Positions 53,790 through 63,454 of a stretch of DNA of 64,000 nt are shown piece after piece. Within the stretch, counting starts at the first letter, position 1. Each line of letters starts with the position of its first letter. Source of the DNA: Elusimicrobiota bacterium (GTDB lineage Bacteria > Elusimicrobiota > Elusimicrobia > UBA1565 > JACRDR01); contig JBGFSC010000033.1 in the NCBI GenBank assembly GCA_041694815.1, forward strand, positions 64,001 through 128,000. The letters are read 5' to 3'. The notes below the pieces were generated by a model, which was not told the origin of the DNA, did not search any database, and was given only the letters and a program-made list of their open reading frames with translations. Made by a program: the position numbers and the translations under genes.

Positions 53790-54803
53790 ATGCCTGACAT
53801 CGACAGGGTGCTGGTCATCGGGGGGGCGGGGTATGTGGGAGCCGTGCTCGTGCCCAAGCTGCTGGGACGCGGCTACGCGGTGCGCGTCTTTGACCTCTTC
53901 CTCTACGGGCGCGAGGTGTTCGGCGCCCATCAAGGCGACGCCCGCCTCGAGCTACTTCCGGGGGACGTGCGCGACCGCGCTGCCATCGAGGCGGCCCTCG
54001 AGGGCTGCGGCGCCGTCATCCACTTGGCTTGCATCTCCAACGATCCGAGCTTCGAGCTAGACCCGGCGCTGGGCAAGGCGATCAATTACGATGCCTTCGC
54101 GCCCTGCGTGGACGCTGCCAAGCGCGCGGGCGTGCGCCGCTTCATCTACGCCTCCACCTCGAGCGTCTACGGCGTCAGCGAGCGCCCGGACGTCGACGAG
54201 GAGCACCCGCTCAATCCCCTCACCGATTACAGCCGCTACAAGGCGCTCTGCGAGAAGGTGCTGCTGGAGCGCCAGGCCCCGGGGTTCACCTGCACGGTCA
54301 TCCGTCCGGCGACCGTCTGCGGCTATTCCCCGCGCCAGAGGCTGGATTTGACCGTCAATATCCTCACCGAGCACGCCGTCAACCGCGGCCGTATCACGGT
54401 GTTCGGCGGCAAGCAGAAGCGCCCGAACATCCATATCGCGGATATCACCGACCTCTACGTCGATCTGCTCGGGATGGAGGAGGCGCGACTCCGCGGCAAG
54501 ATATTCAACGCCGGCTACCAGAACCGCACGGTTTCCGATATCGCCGAGATCGTGCGCCGCGTGGTCGAACGCGAGATCCCGGGCCGCGGGCCTATCGAGG
54601 TGCGCAGCTCGCCAACGGACGACGAGCGCTCCTACCACATCTCCTCCGAGAAGATCGCCCGGGAGCTGGGGTTTGCGCCCAAGCGCACGATCGAGGACGC
54701 CGTGCGCGAGCTGGCGGCGGCTCTGCGCGACGGTAGGATTCCGGACAGCTCCGATATCCGCTATTACAACATCAAGACGATGCAGGCGGTCGGACTCAAA
54801 TGA
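53790..54803 (+). CDS. NAD-dependent epimerase/dehydratase (extended SDR)
   Basis: GGAGYVG, HLACISNDP, STSSVYG, YSRYK, RPATVCG.SPR.RLDL.VN. Confidence 0.9.
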   Translation: MPDIDRVLVIGGAGYVGAVLVPKLLGRGYAVRVFDLFLYGREVFGAHQGDARLELLPGDVRDRAAIEAALEGCGAVIHLACISNDPSFELDPALGKAINYDAFAPCVDAAKRAGVRRFIYASTSSVYGVSERPDVDEEHPLNPLTDYSRYKALCEKVLLERQAPGFTCTVIRPATVCGYSPRQRLDLTVNILTEHAVNRGRITVFGGKQKRPNIHIADITDLYVDLLGMEEARLRGKIFNAGYQNRTVSDIAEIVRRVVEREIPGRGPIEVRSSPTDDERSYHISSEKIARELGFAPKRTIEDAVRELAAALRDGRIPDSSDIRYYNIKTMQAVGLK

Positions 54804-55609
54804 CGGAGCTGGGCCGCATCGCGCGCGAACTGCGCGGCAAAATCGTCGAGCTCTCCCATAAGGCGCAGACGCCGCATCTCGCCTCGGCCCTCTCTTGCGT
54901 CGACATACTCGTCGCCGCGTATTGGGGCGGGTCCCTCGACCTGCGCCCCGAGAAGGCCGAAGACCCCTCGCGCGACCGCCTGGTGTTTAGCAAGGGGCAC
55001 GCCGCGACGGCGCTCTACAGCTGCCTCGCCGCCCGGGATTTCTTTCCCCGGGCCCTCCTCGACACCTTCGCCAAGCCCGGCAGCCGCCTGGCCGAGCAGC
55101 CCAGCCCGGGCTGCGTTCCCGGGATGGAGGTGGCCACGGGTTCGTTGGGACACGGCCTTCCAATCGGCGTCGGCATGGCGCTAGGGGCCAGGATCCAGGG
55201 GATATCCAACCGCGTTTGCGTGGTCATGAGCGACGGGGAATGCGAGGAGGGTTCCAGCTGGGAGGCGGCGATGTTCGCGGCCGCGCAAGGCCTTAAGGCC
55301 GTGACCGCGATCATCGACTACAACAAATGGCAGGCGACGGGGCGCAGCCCCGAGATCATGGCGCTCGACCCGCTGGCCGCCAAATGGTCCGCTTTCGGCT
55401 GGAACGCCGTGGAAGTCGACGGGCACGACATCGTGGCCTTGGCCAGCGCGCTGGGCCATGCCGCCGCGGCCGACAGGCCCACAGCCATCGTGGCGCACAC
55501 CGTCAAGGGCAAGGGCGTCTCCTTCATGGAGGACGACAACAACTGGCATTACCGCTCGCCCACGGCCGAGGAGCTGGCCCGGGCCAGGAAGGAGCTGGGC
55601 CTGGTCTGA
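54800..55609 (+). CDS. Transketolase-like, N-terminal TPP-binding subunit
   Basis: HL.SALS, DR...SKGHA, TGSLGHGL, SDGECEEG..WEA, HTVKGKGVSFME. Confidence 0.9.
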   Translation: MTELGRIARELRGKIVELSHKAQTPHLASALSCVDILVAAYWGGSLDLRPEKAEDPSRDRLVFSKGHAATALYSCLAARDFFPRALLDTFAKPGSRLAEQPSPGCVPGMEVATGSLGHGLPIGVGMALGARIQGISNRVCVVMSDGECEEGSSWEAAMFAAAQGLKAVTAIIDYNKWQATGRSPEIMALDPLAAKWSAFGWNAVEVDGHDIVALASALGHAAAADRPTAIVAHTVKGKGVSFMEDDNNWHYRSPTAEELARARKELGLV

Positions 55610-55610
55610 C

Positions 55611-56525
55611 ATGCGAAACGCCTTCGCCGAAGAATTGACCCGGCTGGCCTCCGAGGAACCGCGCCTAGTCCTGCTCTCGGGAGACATCGGCAACAAGCTC
55701 TTCGACAAATTCAAGGCGGCGCATCCCTCCAAGTTCTACAATTGCGGCGTCGCCGAGCAGGGCATGACGGGCGTTGCCGCGGGCCTGGCCTTGTCGGGCC
55801 TCAAGCCCATCACCTATACGATCACGCCTTTCGTGACGACTCGCTGTCTCGAGCAAATCCGGGTCGACATCTGCTACCACCACCTTCCCGTCGTCATCGT
55901 AGGCGTCGGCGCCGGGCTTTCCTACGCGAGTCTGGGAGGCACCCACCACGCCTGCGAGGACATCGCATTCCTACGCGCTTTGCCCGGCATGGCCGTTGTC
56001 TGCCCCGCGGACCCCGTGGAGGTTCGGCTGGCGCTGCGGGCCGCGCTGCGCTGGAATGGCCCCGTATACCTACGCATGGGCAAGAAGGGCGAGCCGGTGG
56101 TACACGCGCGCGAGCCGCGCTTTACGATCGGCAAGGCCATCAGGGTCAAGGCGGGTCGAGGCGTCTGCCTCCTGGCGGCCGGTACGGTGCTGCCGCTCGC
56201 CCTGGAAGTAGCGCGCAAGCTCGCCGCCAAGAAGATGGAGGCGGAGGTCGTAAGCTTCCATACCGTCAAGCCGCTCGACGAGGTGTTCCTGAGGCGGGCC
56301 TTCAAGGAATTCAAGCGCGTGGCGACGATCGAGGAGCACAGCGTGATCGGAGGCTTGGGCGGGGCGGTCGCCGAATGGTTGGCCGACCATCCCGGCTCCC
56401 GCGCCCATCTCCTGCGTTTCGGCACGGCGGACCGTTTCCTGCACGAGGCCGGCGAGCAGGAGCACGCTCGCCGGCGCTACGGCTTGACGGCGGAGCACAT
56501 CGCCGCGCGCATACTGAAGGTGTGA
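55611..56525 (+). CDS. Transketolase-like, C-terminal subunit
   Basis: Start ATG 55611; N.GVAEQ.M...AAGLA, R.LEQIR.D, GGTHH..EDI, P.YLR, EEHS..GGLG. Confidence 0.9.
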   Translation: MRNAFAEELTRLASEEPRLVLLSGDIGNKLFDKFKAAHPSKFYNCGVAEQGMTGVAAGLALSGLKPITYTITPFVTTRCLEQIRVDICYHHLPVVIVGVGAGLSYASLGGTHHACEDIAFLRALPGMAVVCPADPVEVRLALRAALRWNGPVYLRMGKKGEPVVHAREPRFTIGKAIRVKAGRGVCLLAAGTVLPLALEVARKLAAKKMEAEVVSFHTVKPLDEVFLRRAFKEFKRVATIEEHSVIGGLGGAVAEWLADHPGSRAHLLRFGTADRFLHEAGEQEHARRRYGLTAEHIAARILKV

Positions 56526-57160
56526 TTAGAGTCGGGGTCGATTTCGACAACACGATCGTCTGCTACGACGGGCTCTTCCGCGAGCTCGCCGCTCGCAGGG
56601 GCATCCCCGGCTCTCGCGCGCGCAGCAAGGGCGAGCTGCGCGACTACCTGCGCGGCGCCGGACGCGAGGAGGAATGGACCGCGCTGCAGGGCGAGGCCTA
56701 CGGCGAGGCGATGGGCCGGGCCGAGGCGTACCCGGGCGCGCTCGATTTCCTGCGGCGCTGCGTCCGTGAGGGAGTCGAGGCGCGCATCATCAGTCACAAG
56801 ACCCGCTTCCCCTTCCGCGGTCCCCGCTGCGACCTCCATGAGGCTGCCCGGCGCTGGCTTGAGTCCAAGGGGGTATTCGAGCCCGGCTTCGGCCTTTCTC
56901 CCTGGCAGGTCCATTTCGAGCCGAGCAAGGAGGAGAAGCTGCGCCGGATCGCCTCGGAGGGCTGCACCCATTTCATCGACGACCTCCCCGAGTTCCTGCT
57001 GGAGCCGGCCTTCCCCGCCGGGGTCGACCGGATCCTTTTCGACCCCTCGGACCGTCAGGCGGAGTCCGCGTGCTACCTCCGGGCCGCCTCCTGGGGTGAG
57101 ATCGAGCGTCGGATATTTAATTATGGTATTTTACCCGGTGACGGGGCCGCGACGAGATGA
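56522..57160 (+). CDS. HAD-superfamily hydrolase/phosphatase
   Basis: Start GTG 56522; VGVDFDNTI motif I, ISHKT, HFIDDL motif IV. Confidence 0.8.
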   Translation: MIRVGVDFDNTIVCYDGLFRELAARRGIPGSRARSKGELRDYLRGAGREEEWTALQGEAYGEAMGRAEAYPGALDFLRRCVREGVEARIISHKTRFPFRGPRCDLHEAARRWLESKGVFEPGFGLSPWQVHFEPSKEEKLRRIASEGCTHFIDDLPEFLLEPAFPAGVDRILFDPSDRQAESACYLRAASWGEIERRIFNYGILPGDGAATR

Positions 57161-57849
57161 AAATCAAGGACGGCAAGACACGGGAGCCGCAATACCAGTG
57201 CTGCCTCGACCTGCAGGAGCGCGAGGGCCTGGCCACCTTCGGGCTCATGAGCAATTTCACCTGGCACGACGATCCCAAGCGCCTGGCCTTCGTCCTCTCC
57301 CGCTACAAGTTCGTTGCCAAGATGCTTTCCGGGCGCCCGCGCGTCCTGGAGGTGGGCTGCGCGGACGCTTTCGGCACGCGCATCGTCGCCCAGGAGGTCG
57401 GTTCGGTGACGGCCATCGATTTCGACCGCGTGCTCATCGACGACGCCCGGCGCCGCATGGACCCGCATTGGCCCTTCGACTGCGTGGTCCACGACATACT
57501 CGCGCGGCCGATGGCGGCTCGCTTCGACGGCGCCTACGCCCTCGACGTGCTCGAGCATATCCCGGCGCGCGAGGAGCGGCGTTTCATCCGCCACATCGCC
57601 GCCTCCCTGACGGACTCCGGGGCTCTCATCATCGGGACCCCCTCGCTGCAGTCGCAGGCCTACGCGTCGCCGGCGAGCAAGGAAGGGCATGTCAATTGCA
57701 AGGACCATCGGGCCCTGCGCGCCTTGATGGGCCGCTTCTTCGACAACGTCTTCATCTTCTCGATGAACGACGAAGTGGTGCATACCGGCTTCTACCCGAT
57801 GGCCAACTATCTCTTCGCCCTGTGCTGCGGGAAAAAAAGGCGCCTTTAG
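57157..57849 (+). CDS. Class I SAM-dependent methyltransferase
   Basis: VLEVGCADAFG, IDFD, LDVLEHI. Confidence 0.85.
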   Translation: MKIKDGKTREPQYQCCLDLQEREGLATFGLMSNFTWHDDPKRLAFVLSRYKFVAKMLSGRPRVLEVGCADAFGTRIVAQEVGSVTAIDFDRVLIDDARRRMDPHWPFDCVVHDILARPMAARFDGAYALDVLEHIPAREERRFIRHIAASLTDSGALIIGTPSLQSQAYASPASKEGHVNCKDHRALRALMGRFFDNVFIFSMNDEVVHTGFYPMANYLFALCCGKKRRL

Positions 57850-58817
57850 TGCTGCGGGAGGCCGCCTCGCGCCTCCTCTCCCGAGCTGGTTTGGGCCCGC
57901 TGCTCCGTTTGAGCCCGCTGCCGCCGGGCGGCAATAACCGGGTCTGCCTCCTGGAGCATCCCGCAGGCAAGGCGGTGCTGAAATCGTATTTCCGTCACGC
58001 CTCGGACCCGCGCGACCGCCTGGCGGCGGAATTCTCCTTCTGCGCCTTCGCCTGGGACCGCGGCTTGAGGCAGCCTCCGCGCCCCTTGGCCAAGGACGAA
58101 TCCCTCGGGCTCGCCCTCTATGAATTCATCGACGGCGAGGCGCTGGCGAGCGCGGACGCGGAAGCCGTCGGGCAGGCGGCGGCGTTCTTTGGCGAACTCA
58201 ACCGGCACCGCGGCCATCCCGAGGCCCGCGCGCTGCCCAGGGCCTCCGACGGGTGCTTTTCCGAGGCCGACCATCTCTCCTTGGTCGAGCGTAGGGTTGC
58301 GGCCTTACGAAGGGTCCGGGGTCACGGTGGGGCCTTCGTGCGGGAGCGGCTGCTGCCGGCCTGGAGGCGCTTCCTGGCGGATTTCGGCGCGGCCTCCCCG
58401 CGGCCCCTGCCGGCCGAGCAGCTCTGCCTATCGCCTTCGGATTTCGGCTTCCACAACGCGCTGCGCTGCGGCTCGATGTACCGTTTCCTCGACTTTGAAT
58501 ACGCAGGCTGGGACGACCCGGCGAAGATGGCGGCGGATTTTTTCAGCCAGGTCTCGGTGCCGGTCGCACAGAGGCATTGGGAGCCGTTCCTAAGCGAGGC
58601 CTTTTCCGGCTTGGCCGCACCCCAGGCGGCCGCGGCCCGCGCCCTGCGAGTACTGCCCGTCCATCGCTTCAAGTGGATATGCCTGATGCTGGGCGGCTTG
58701 CTGCCCGAGGTGCGGCTGCGTCGGGGGTTCGCCGGCGCCCGGCCGGCGCCAAGCGTGGCCCTGGGAAGGGCCGAGAGGGCCTTGGCCCTTCTGGAGAAAG
58801 GGAAATGGCTTACATAG
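57849..58817 (+). CDS. Aminoglycoside-phosphotransferase/choline-kinase-like protein
   Basis: Start GTG 57849; GGNNRV, VLKSY, SPSDFGFHN, FLDFEYAGWDDP. Confidence 0.8.
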   Translation: MLREAASRLLSRAGLGPLLRLSPLPPGGNNRVCLLEHPAGKAVLKSYFRHASDPRDRLAAEFSFCAFAWDRGLRQPPRPLAKDESLGLALYEFIDGEALASADAEAVGQAAAFFGELNRHRGHPEARALPRASDGCFSEADHLSLVERRVAALRRVRGHGGAFVRERLLPAWRRFLADFGAASPRPLPAEQLCLSPSDFGFHNALRCGSMYRFLDFEYAGWDDPAKMAADFFSQVSVPVAQRHWEPFLSEAFSGLAAPQAAAARALRVLPVHRFKWICLMLGGLLPEVRLRRGFAGARPAPSVALGRAERALALLEKGKWLT

Positions 58818-59467
58818 ACTTTATCGCCCCGCTGCACCGCGGCACCCGGCGGGATTATCTCGCGCGGGTCAACGAGGTCCCCAAGGCCGAGGCCGCCGCG
58901 GTGGCCAAGCGTTTCGGCAAGGAGTATTGGGACGGCGACAGGCGCTTCGGCTACGGCGGCTACCGCTACGACGGGCGCTGGCTGCCGGTGGCCTCCGCGA
59001 TGGCGAAGCATTACGGTCTCAAGGCGGGCAGTAGCGTCCTCGACGTCGGCTGCGGGAAGGGATTTCTCCTCTACGAGTTCGGCCGGGCCGTCCCGGGCTT
59101 GCAGCTGCGCGGCATCGACATCTCCTCCTACGCCGTCGAGAACGCCAAGCCCGAGATGCGCCCTTTCCTGCAGGTCGGCGACGCCGCCGCGCTGCCTTTC
59201 GAGGATAAGAGCTTCGACCTCGTCGTCTCGCTGACGACGCTTCACAACCTTAAATGCTACAACCTCGAAAAGGCCCTGCGCGAGATCGAGCGGGTCGGTC
59301 GCCGGCACAAGTACATCGTCGTCGAGTCCTTCCGCAACGAGCAGGAGAAGGCCAACCTCCTCTATTGGCAGCTGACCTGCGAGAGCTTCTATTGGCCCGA
59401 CGAATGGGAATGGTGGTTCAAGCACGCCGGCTACACCGGCGACCATTCCTTCATCTATTTCGAATGA
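58805..59467 (+). CDS. Class I SAM-dependent methyltransferase
   Basis: Start ATG 58805; YWDGDR..GYGGY.YDGRW, VLDVGCGKGF, LPF.D.SFDLV. Confidence 0.85.
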   Translation: MAYIDFIAPLHRGTRRDYLARVNEVPKAEAAAVAKRFGKEYWDGDRRFGYGGYRYDGRWLPVASAMAKHYGLKAGSSVLDVGCGKGFLLYEFGRAVPGLQLRGIDISSYAVENAKPEMRPFLQVGDAAALPFEDKSFDLVVSLTTLHNLKCYNLEKALREIERVGRRHKYIVVESFRNEQEKANLLYWQLTCESFYWPDEWEWWFKHAGYTGDHSFIYFE

Positions 59468-60492
59468 AAGCGGCCATACTCGTCCGCCTCCGGAGGCCCC
59501 TGGTGATCGGCGAGGTCGAGCTGCCGCGGCTCGGGCGGGGGCAGGTCCTGGTGCGCGTGCGCTACAGCGGCATTTGCGGCTCGCAGCTGGGGGAGATCGA
59601 CGGGGTCAAGGGCCCCGACCGGCACCTGCCCCATCTTTTGGGCCATGAGGGCTCCGGTAACGTGGTCGAGCTCGGACCGGGCGTCTCGAGGGTGACCCGC
59701 GGCGATAGCGTTGTCCTCCATTGGAGGAAAGGCCCCGGCATCGAATCGGAGACCCCCCGCTACCGATGGCGTGGGCGGAGGCTCAATGCGGGCTGGGTCA
59801 CCACCTTCAACGAGTTCGCCGTCGTCTCGGAAAACCGCCTCACCAAGATACCTGAGGATTTCGATCCGCTCCTAGCGCCGCTGTTGGGCTGCGCCGTCAC
59901 GACGGCCTTGGGCGTGGCCGACAACGAGGCGCGCATCGCCAAGGGCGAGTCGGTGCTGATCTTCGGCGCGGGCGGCCTGGGCCTAAGCCTCGTGCAGGCG
60001 GCCAGGCTGGCGGGCGCTTCGCCGATCGTGGCGGTCGACCGCTTCGAGCGCAAGCTGCGGCTGGCCAGGCGCCTGGGCGCGACACACGCCCTGGCGGCGC
60101 GCGGCCGCGCGCTCGAGCGCTCGATCCGGAGGATCGTGGGGCCGGAGGGTGCCGACGTGGCCATCGACAACACCGGCAGCATCCCCGTCATCGAGGCGGC
60201 CTACGAGCTGACGGGGCCGCGGGGCCGGACCGTCCTAGTCGGCGTCCCCCCGGCGGGAGCGCGCGCCAGCATCGACACCATGCCGCTTCATTTCGGCAAG
60301 GCGATCACGGGCTCCTACGGCGGCCTCTCGCGCCCCGAGGTCGATATCCCTCGCGCCATCCGCCTTTTCCGCCAAGGGAGGCTCAAGCTGCGGGAGCTCG
60401 TCACCGACCGCTTCCGTCTCGAGCGCGTCAACGAGGCCATCGCCTACCTGCGCCGCGGAGCGGCTGCCGGGCGCATCGTGCTCGAATGCTGA
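59464..60492 (+). CDS. Zinc-dependent alcohol/polyol dehydrogenase (MDR)
   Basis: Start ATG 59464; GICGSQ, LGHEG.G, LGCAV.T, FGAGGLG; lacks the structural Zn Cys loop. Confidence 0.85.
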   Translation: MKAAILVRLRRPLVIGEVELPRLGRGQVLVRVRYSGICGSQLGEIDGVKGPDRHLPHLLGHEGSGNVVELGPGVSRVTRGDSVVLHWRKGPGIESETPRYRWRGRRLNAGWVTTFNEFAVVSENRLTKIPEDFDPLLAPLLGCAVTTALGVADNEARIAKGESVLIFGAGGLGLSLVQAARLAGASPIVAVDRFERKLRLARRLGATHALAARGRALERSIRRIVGPEGADVAIDNTGSIPVIEAAYELTGPRGRTVLVGVPPAGARASIDTMPLHFGKAITGSYGGLSRPEVDIPRAIRLFRQGRLKLRELVTDRFRLERVNEAIAYLRRGAAAGRIVLEC

Positions 60493-61475
60493 CCGTCGTC
60501 CTGGGGGCCAACTCCTTCTCGGGCCAGGACTTCGTCGACCTGCTCCTAGACAACGGCCAGCGCCGTGTTCTCGGGATCAGCCGTTCTCCGGAACGCTCGG
60601 CCCTGTTCCTGCGCTACCGCGAGCGTCGGGATCTCTCGCGTTACCGCTATGAGCGCCTCGACATGAACGGCGATTTCCCTGCCCTCGCGGCCCTGCTAGA
60701 CCGCGAGCGCCCCGAGGAAATCGTCAATTTCGCCGCCCAGAGCGAGGTCGGGCCGAGCTGGGAGCATCCCGAGCATTGGTTCCAGACGAACACCGTCGCC
60801 TTGGCGAGGCTGGTCAACCACCTGCGCCGCGCCCCCTACCTCAAGCGCTACGTCCATATCTCCTCGCCGGAGGTCTACGGCAATTGCGAAGGGCGCGTGC
60901 GCGAGGACGCGGGACTCAAGCCCAGCACCCCTTACGCGGCCTCCAAGGCCGCGGCGGACATGCTCTTGGGCGTCTACCACCGGCAATGGGGCTTCCCCTT
61001 GCTGACCGTCCGGGCCACCAACGTCTACGGCGCGCGCCAGCAGCTTTTCAAAATCATCCCGCGCACCGCGATCGCCATCAAGTCCGGCCGTCGGATCCAA
61101 TTGCACGGCGGCGGGCAGGCGGTCAAGTCCTACATCCACGTGCGCGACGTCTCGCGGGGGGAGCTGGCGGTGCTCGAGCGCGGGAAGATCGGCCAGACCT
61201 ACCATCTCTCTCCCGACGCTGGCATCGCCGTGCGCGATGTGGTCGCGCGTGTCTGCGCGCTCATGGGGGTTTCCTTCGAGGAGGCTGTCGAGACCGCCCC
61301 CGAGCGACCGGGCCAGGACGCCGCCTACGTCATCGATTCCACCCGCGCGCGGTCAGAATTGGATTGGAAGCCCACGATATCCCTTGAGCAGGGCCTTTCC
61401 GAGGTAGTCGACTGGGTCGGCGGGAACTGGGAAGAGATATCAAAGCTGCCGACTGAATACGAGCACAAACCCTGA
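60486..61475 (+). CDS. NDP-sugar 4,6-dehydratase-like SDR
   Basis: GANSFSG, NFAAQSEV..SW, SSPEVYG, PYAASK, NVYG..Q...KIIP. Confidence 0.82.
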   Translation: MLTVVLGANSFSGQDFVDLLLDNGQRRVLGISRSPERSALFLRYRERRDLSRYRYERLDMNGDFPALAALLDRERPEEIVNFAAQSEVGPSWEHPEHWFQTNTVALARLVNHLRRAPYLKRYVHISSPEVYGNCEGRVREDAGLKPSTPYAASKAAADMLLGVYHRQWGFPLLTVRATNVYGARQQLFKIIPRTAIAIKSGRRIQLHGGGQAVKSYIHVRDVSRGELAVLERGKIGQTYHLSPDAGIAVRDVVARVCALMGVSFEEAVETAPERPGQDAAYVIDSTRARSELDWKPTISLEQGLSEVVDWVGGNWEEISKLPTEYEHKP

Positions 61476-61478
61476 ACT

Positions 61479-62615
61479 CTAAAACTTCGGCGGGGCCAGG
61501 TATTCGGCCCCGCGCCCGGATAGGCGCCGGCGGATCCGCGCGGCGATCCTAGGGGGAAGGGCGACGAAGATGCGGCGGTCCTCTCCTACCTCCTCGGGAT
61601 GCAGGATCGGCAAGCCCTCGTGGCGGCGCCCGCGTCGGTAGGGATCCTCGTCGACGAAGAAGCCGGCCCGCCCGCGCAGCTCGCCCGCCAGCCAGGTCCC
61701 CGCGATGGAGGTGCCGAATATCCCGAAGCGCCGGGGCGCCGCCGCGGCGGCCGCCCGCGCCGCCGCGGCCTTGAGCTTAAAAAGCCATCGGACCGTCCGC
61801 TCGGCGCGGCTCCATTCGGAGGCGCCGCGCGCGCTCGGCTTGGACGCCGAGGGGCGCGCCAAGAGCGTCCTTTCCTTGGGCACCCATTCGCCGCCCGCGA
61901 CGGCCTTAAACCCCGCGCGCGCCATACAGAGGCGCAGGCTGGCTCGGGAAAAATGAGTCGCGTGATCGGCGATGAGCAGCTCGAAGGGATTGCGCTCGTA
62001 GCAGGGCACATGGACGAGCAATAGGCCTCCGGGCGAGAGCTTCTCGCGGATGCCTTCCAAGAACCGCGTCGGCTCGGCCATGTGCTCGAGCACGTGGACG
62101 AGGCTGATGAGCTCGAAGCTCCCGCGGACCGAGAGGGGATCGCCCGAGTAAAATGAGCCCGGGCCGGCGATCTTCTCCACGGCCCCGCGATGGCCCGAGT
62201 GGAGATCCGACCCGAATAGGGACCAGCGCGGCCGGAGTTTCTTGAAGGCGCGGAGCAGCGCGCCGTTGCCGCAGCCCACGTCGAGAAGCCGGCCGGCCGC
62301 AGCGAGGGGGGCGGCGGAGAGCACGCGCTCGAGCAGGGCCTCCGAACGGGGCGTGGCGCCGCCGTCCTCGCCGGTATAGACGACCTGCTCGGCTCCGGCG
62401 CTTTGATGGTAAATCGAGTAGCTTCGGTAGATCCGGGCGCACTCGCGCCGCCAGAGCCCGGTTTTCGGAGCTTGGAGGCAGCCGCAGCGCGCGCAGGCCG
62501 CCAGCCGCCCTCCAGGCGACCAGGGCCTGCAGTCCGAAGAGACCCGGCGCAGCCTCCCGTATAAAGGTATCGCGCGCAGGGCGCAGGCGCCGCAAAGGCG
62601 GCAGGCCGCGCTCAT
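61479..62615 (-). CDS. SAM-dependent methyltransferase with N-terminal Zn-finger (sugar C-methyltransferase-like layout)
   Basis: Start ATG 62615; CRLC...CARC, LLDVGCGNG, HVLEH, C-terminal Rossmann-like 'IFGT....FFVDED'. Confidence 0.78.
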   Translation of the reverse strand: MSAACRLCGACALRAIPLYGRLRRVSSDCRPWSPGGRLAACARCGCLQAPKTGLWRRECARIYRSYSIYHQSAGAEQVVYTGEDGGATPRSEALLERVLSAAPLAAAGRLLDVGCGNGALLRAFKKLRPRWSLFGSDLHSGHRGAVEKIAGPGSFYSGDPLSVRGSFELISLVHVLEHMAEPTRFLEGIREKLSPGGLLLVHVPCYERNPFELLIADHATHFSRASLRLCMARAGFKAVAGGEWVPKERTLLARPSASKPSARGASEWSRAERTVRWLFKLKAAAARAAAAAAPRRFGIFGTSIAGTWLAGELRGRAGFFVDEDPYRRGRRHEGLPILHPEEVGEDRRIFVALPPRIAARIRRRLSGRGAEYLAPPKF

Positions 62616-63454
62616 CGCAGCGACCACTCCACGGCCTGCCAAGGGTCCGGGGCCGCGAGCCCCAGCTCGGCGAGCCTCGCCGTGTCGAGCGTGGTGTTGG
62701 CCGGAGCGAGCGCGCAGTCCTGCGCGGCTTTCGGGCGCACCAGGCCCGCGTCCGCGCTCAGGCGCGAGGCGAGGAACCGGCCTATCTCGGCGTAGCTGAT
62801 ATCCGAGCTCGCCGACAACTGCGTGACCCCCGCCAGGCGCCGCCTGCCCACCCGCAACAGGGTCTCCGCCGCCAGAGGCAGCGGAACCGGCGCCATCACC
62901 TTGTCCTCGAACGGTTCGATGGGAGCTCCCTTGCCGAGCTTCTCCATCCACTCGGTTAAGAGCGGCGGCCGCGGCCCGAGCACCTTGGCGAAGCGAACAA
63001 TGGCGTGCGGCTTGCTCAACGCCGACAGGCCTTCTTCGACCTCCAGTTTTTGCTTGCCGTATTCCGTTAGGGGGTGAGGGGGGGCGGAGGCCGCCGGCGC
63101 CGGGAGCGAGCCGTCGAAAACCATGTTGCTCGAGAGAAAGACGATGAAGGCGTCGCGCGCGGAAAGCTCGCGCGCGAGCAGGAGCGTATGGGTCACGTGG
63201 GCGAGGCGGTTGGATTCGGGATCTTCCGCGCAGGCCTGTATGGAGGCGGGACCGGCGCAGAGGTAGGCGACGGCAATCGAATCGGGAAGCCGCCATTCTT
63301 GCGGGCGCTCCAAATCCAGGGGCAGCCAGTTCGCGGCCCCCGCGCGCCGGCTAGTCCCAAGCGACGGGATTCCTGCCTTTAGCAAGGCGTCGACTAACGC
63401 CCCGCCGATCATCCCATCGGCCCCGACGACAAGCGCGGGCGCCGAAGCGTTCAC
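62612..63454 (-). CDS. RmlD-like NDP-4-keto-sugar reductase
   Basis: Start GTG 63454 overlapping the upstream TGA; VVGADGMIG, FLSS..VFDG, P...YGKQK. Confidence 0.8.
   Translation of the reverse strand: MNASAPALVVGADGMIGGALVDALLKAGIPSLGTSRRAGAANWLPLDLERPQEWRLPDSIAVAYLCAGPASIQACAEDPESNRLAHVTHTLLLARELSARDAFIVFLSSNMVFDGSLPAPAASAPPHPLTEYGKQKLEVEEGLSALSKPHAIVRFAKVLGPRPPLLTEWMEKLGKGAPIEPFEDKVMAPVPLPLAAETLLRVGRRRLAGVTQLSASSDISYAEIGRFLASRLSADAGLVRPKAAQDCALAPANTTLDTARLAELGLAAPDPWQAVEWSLR

Noticed and set aside
57849..58817. Aminoglycoside resistance gene
   Set aside because: APH-like fold only; it is embedded in a sugar biosynthesis operon.
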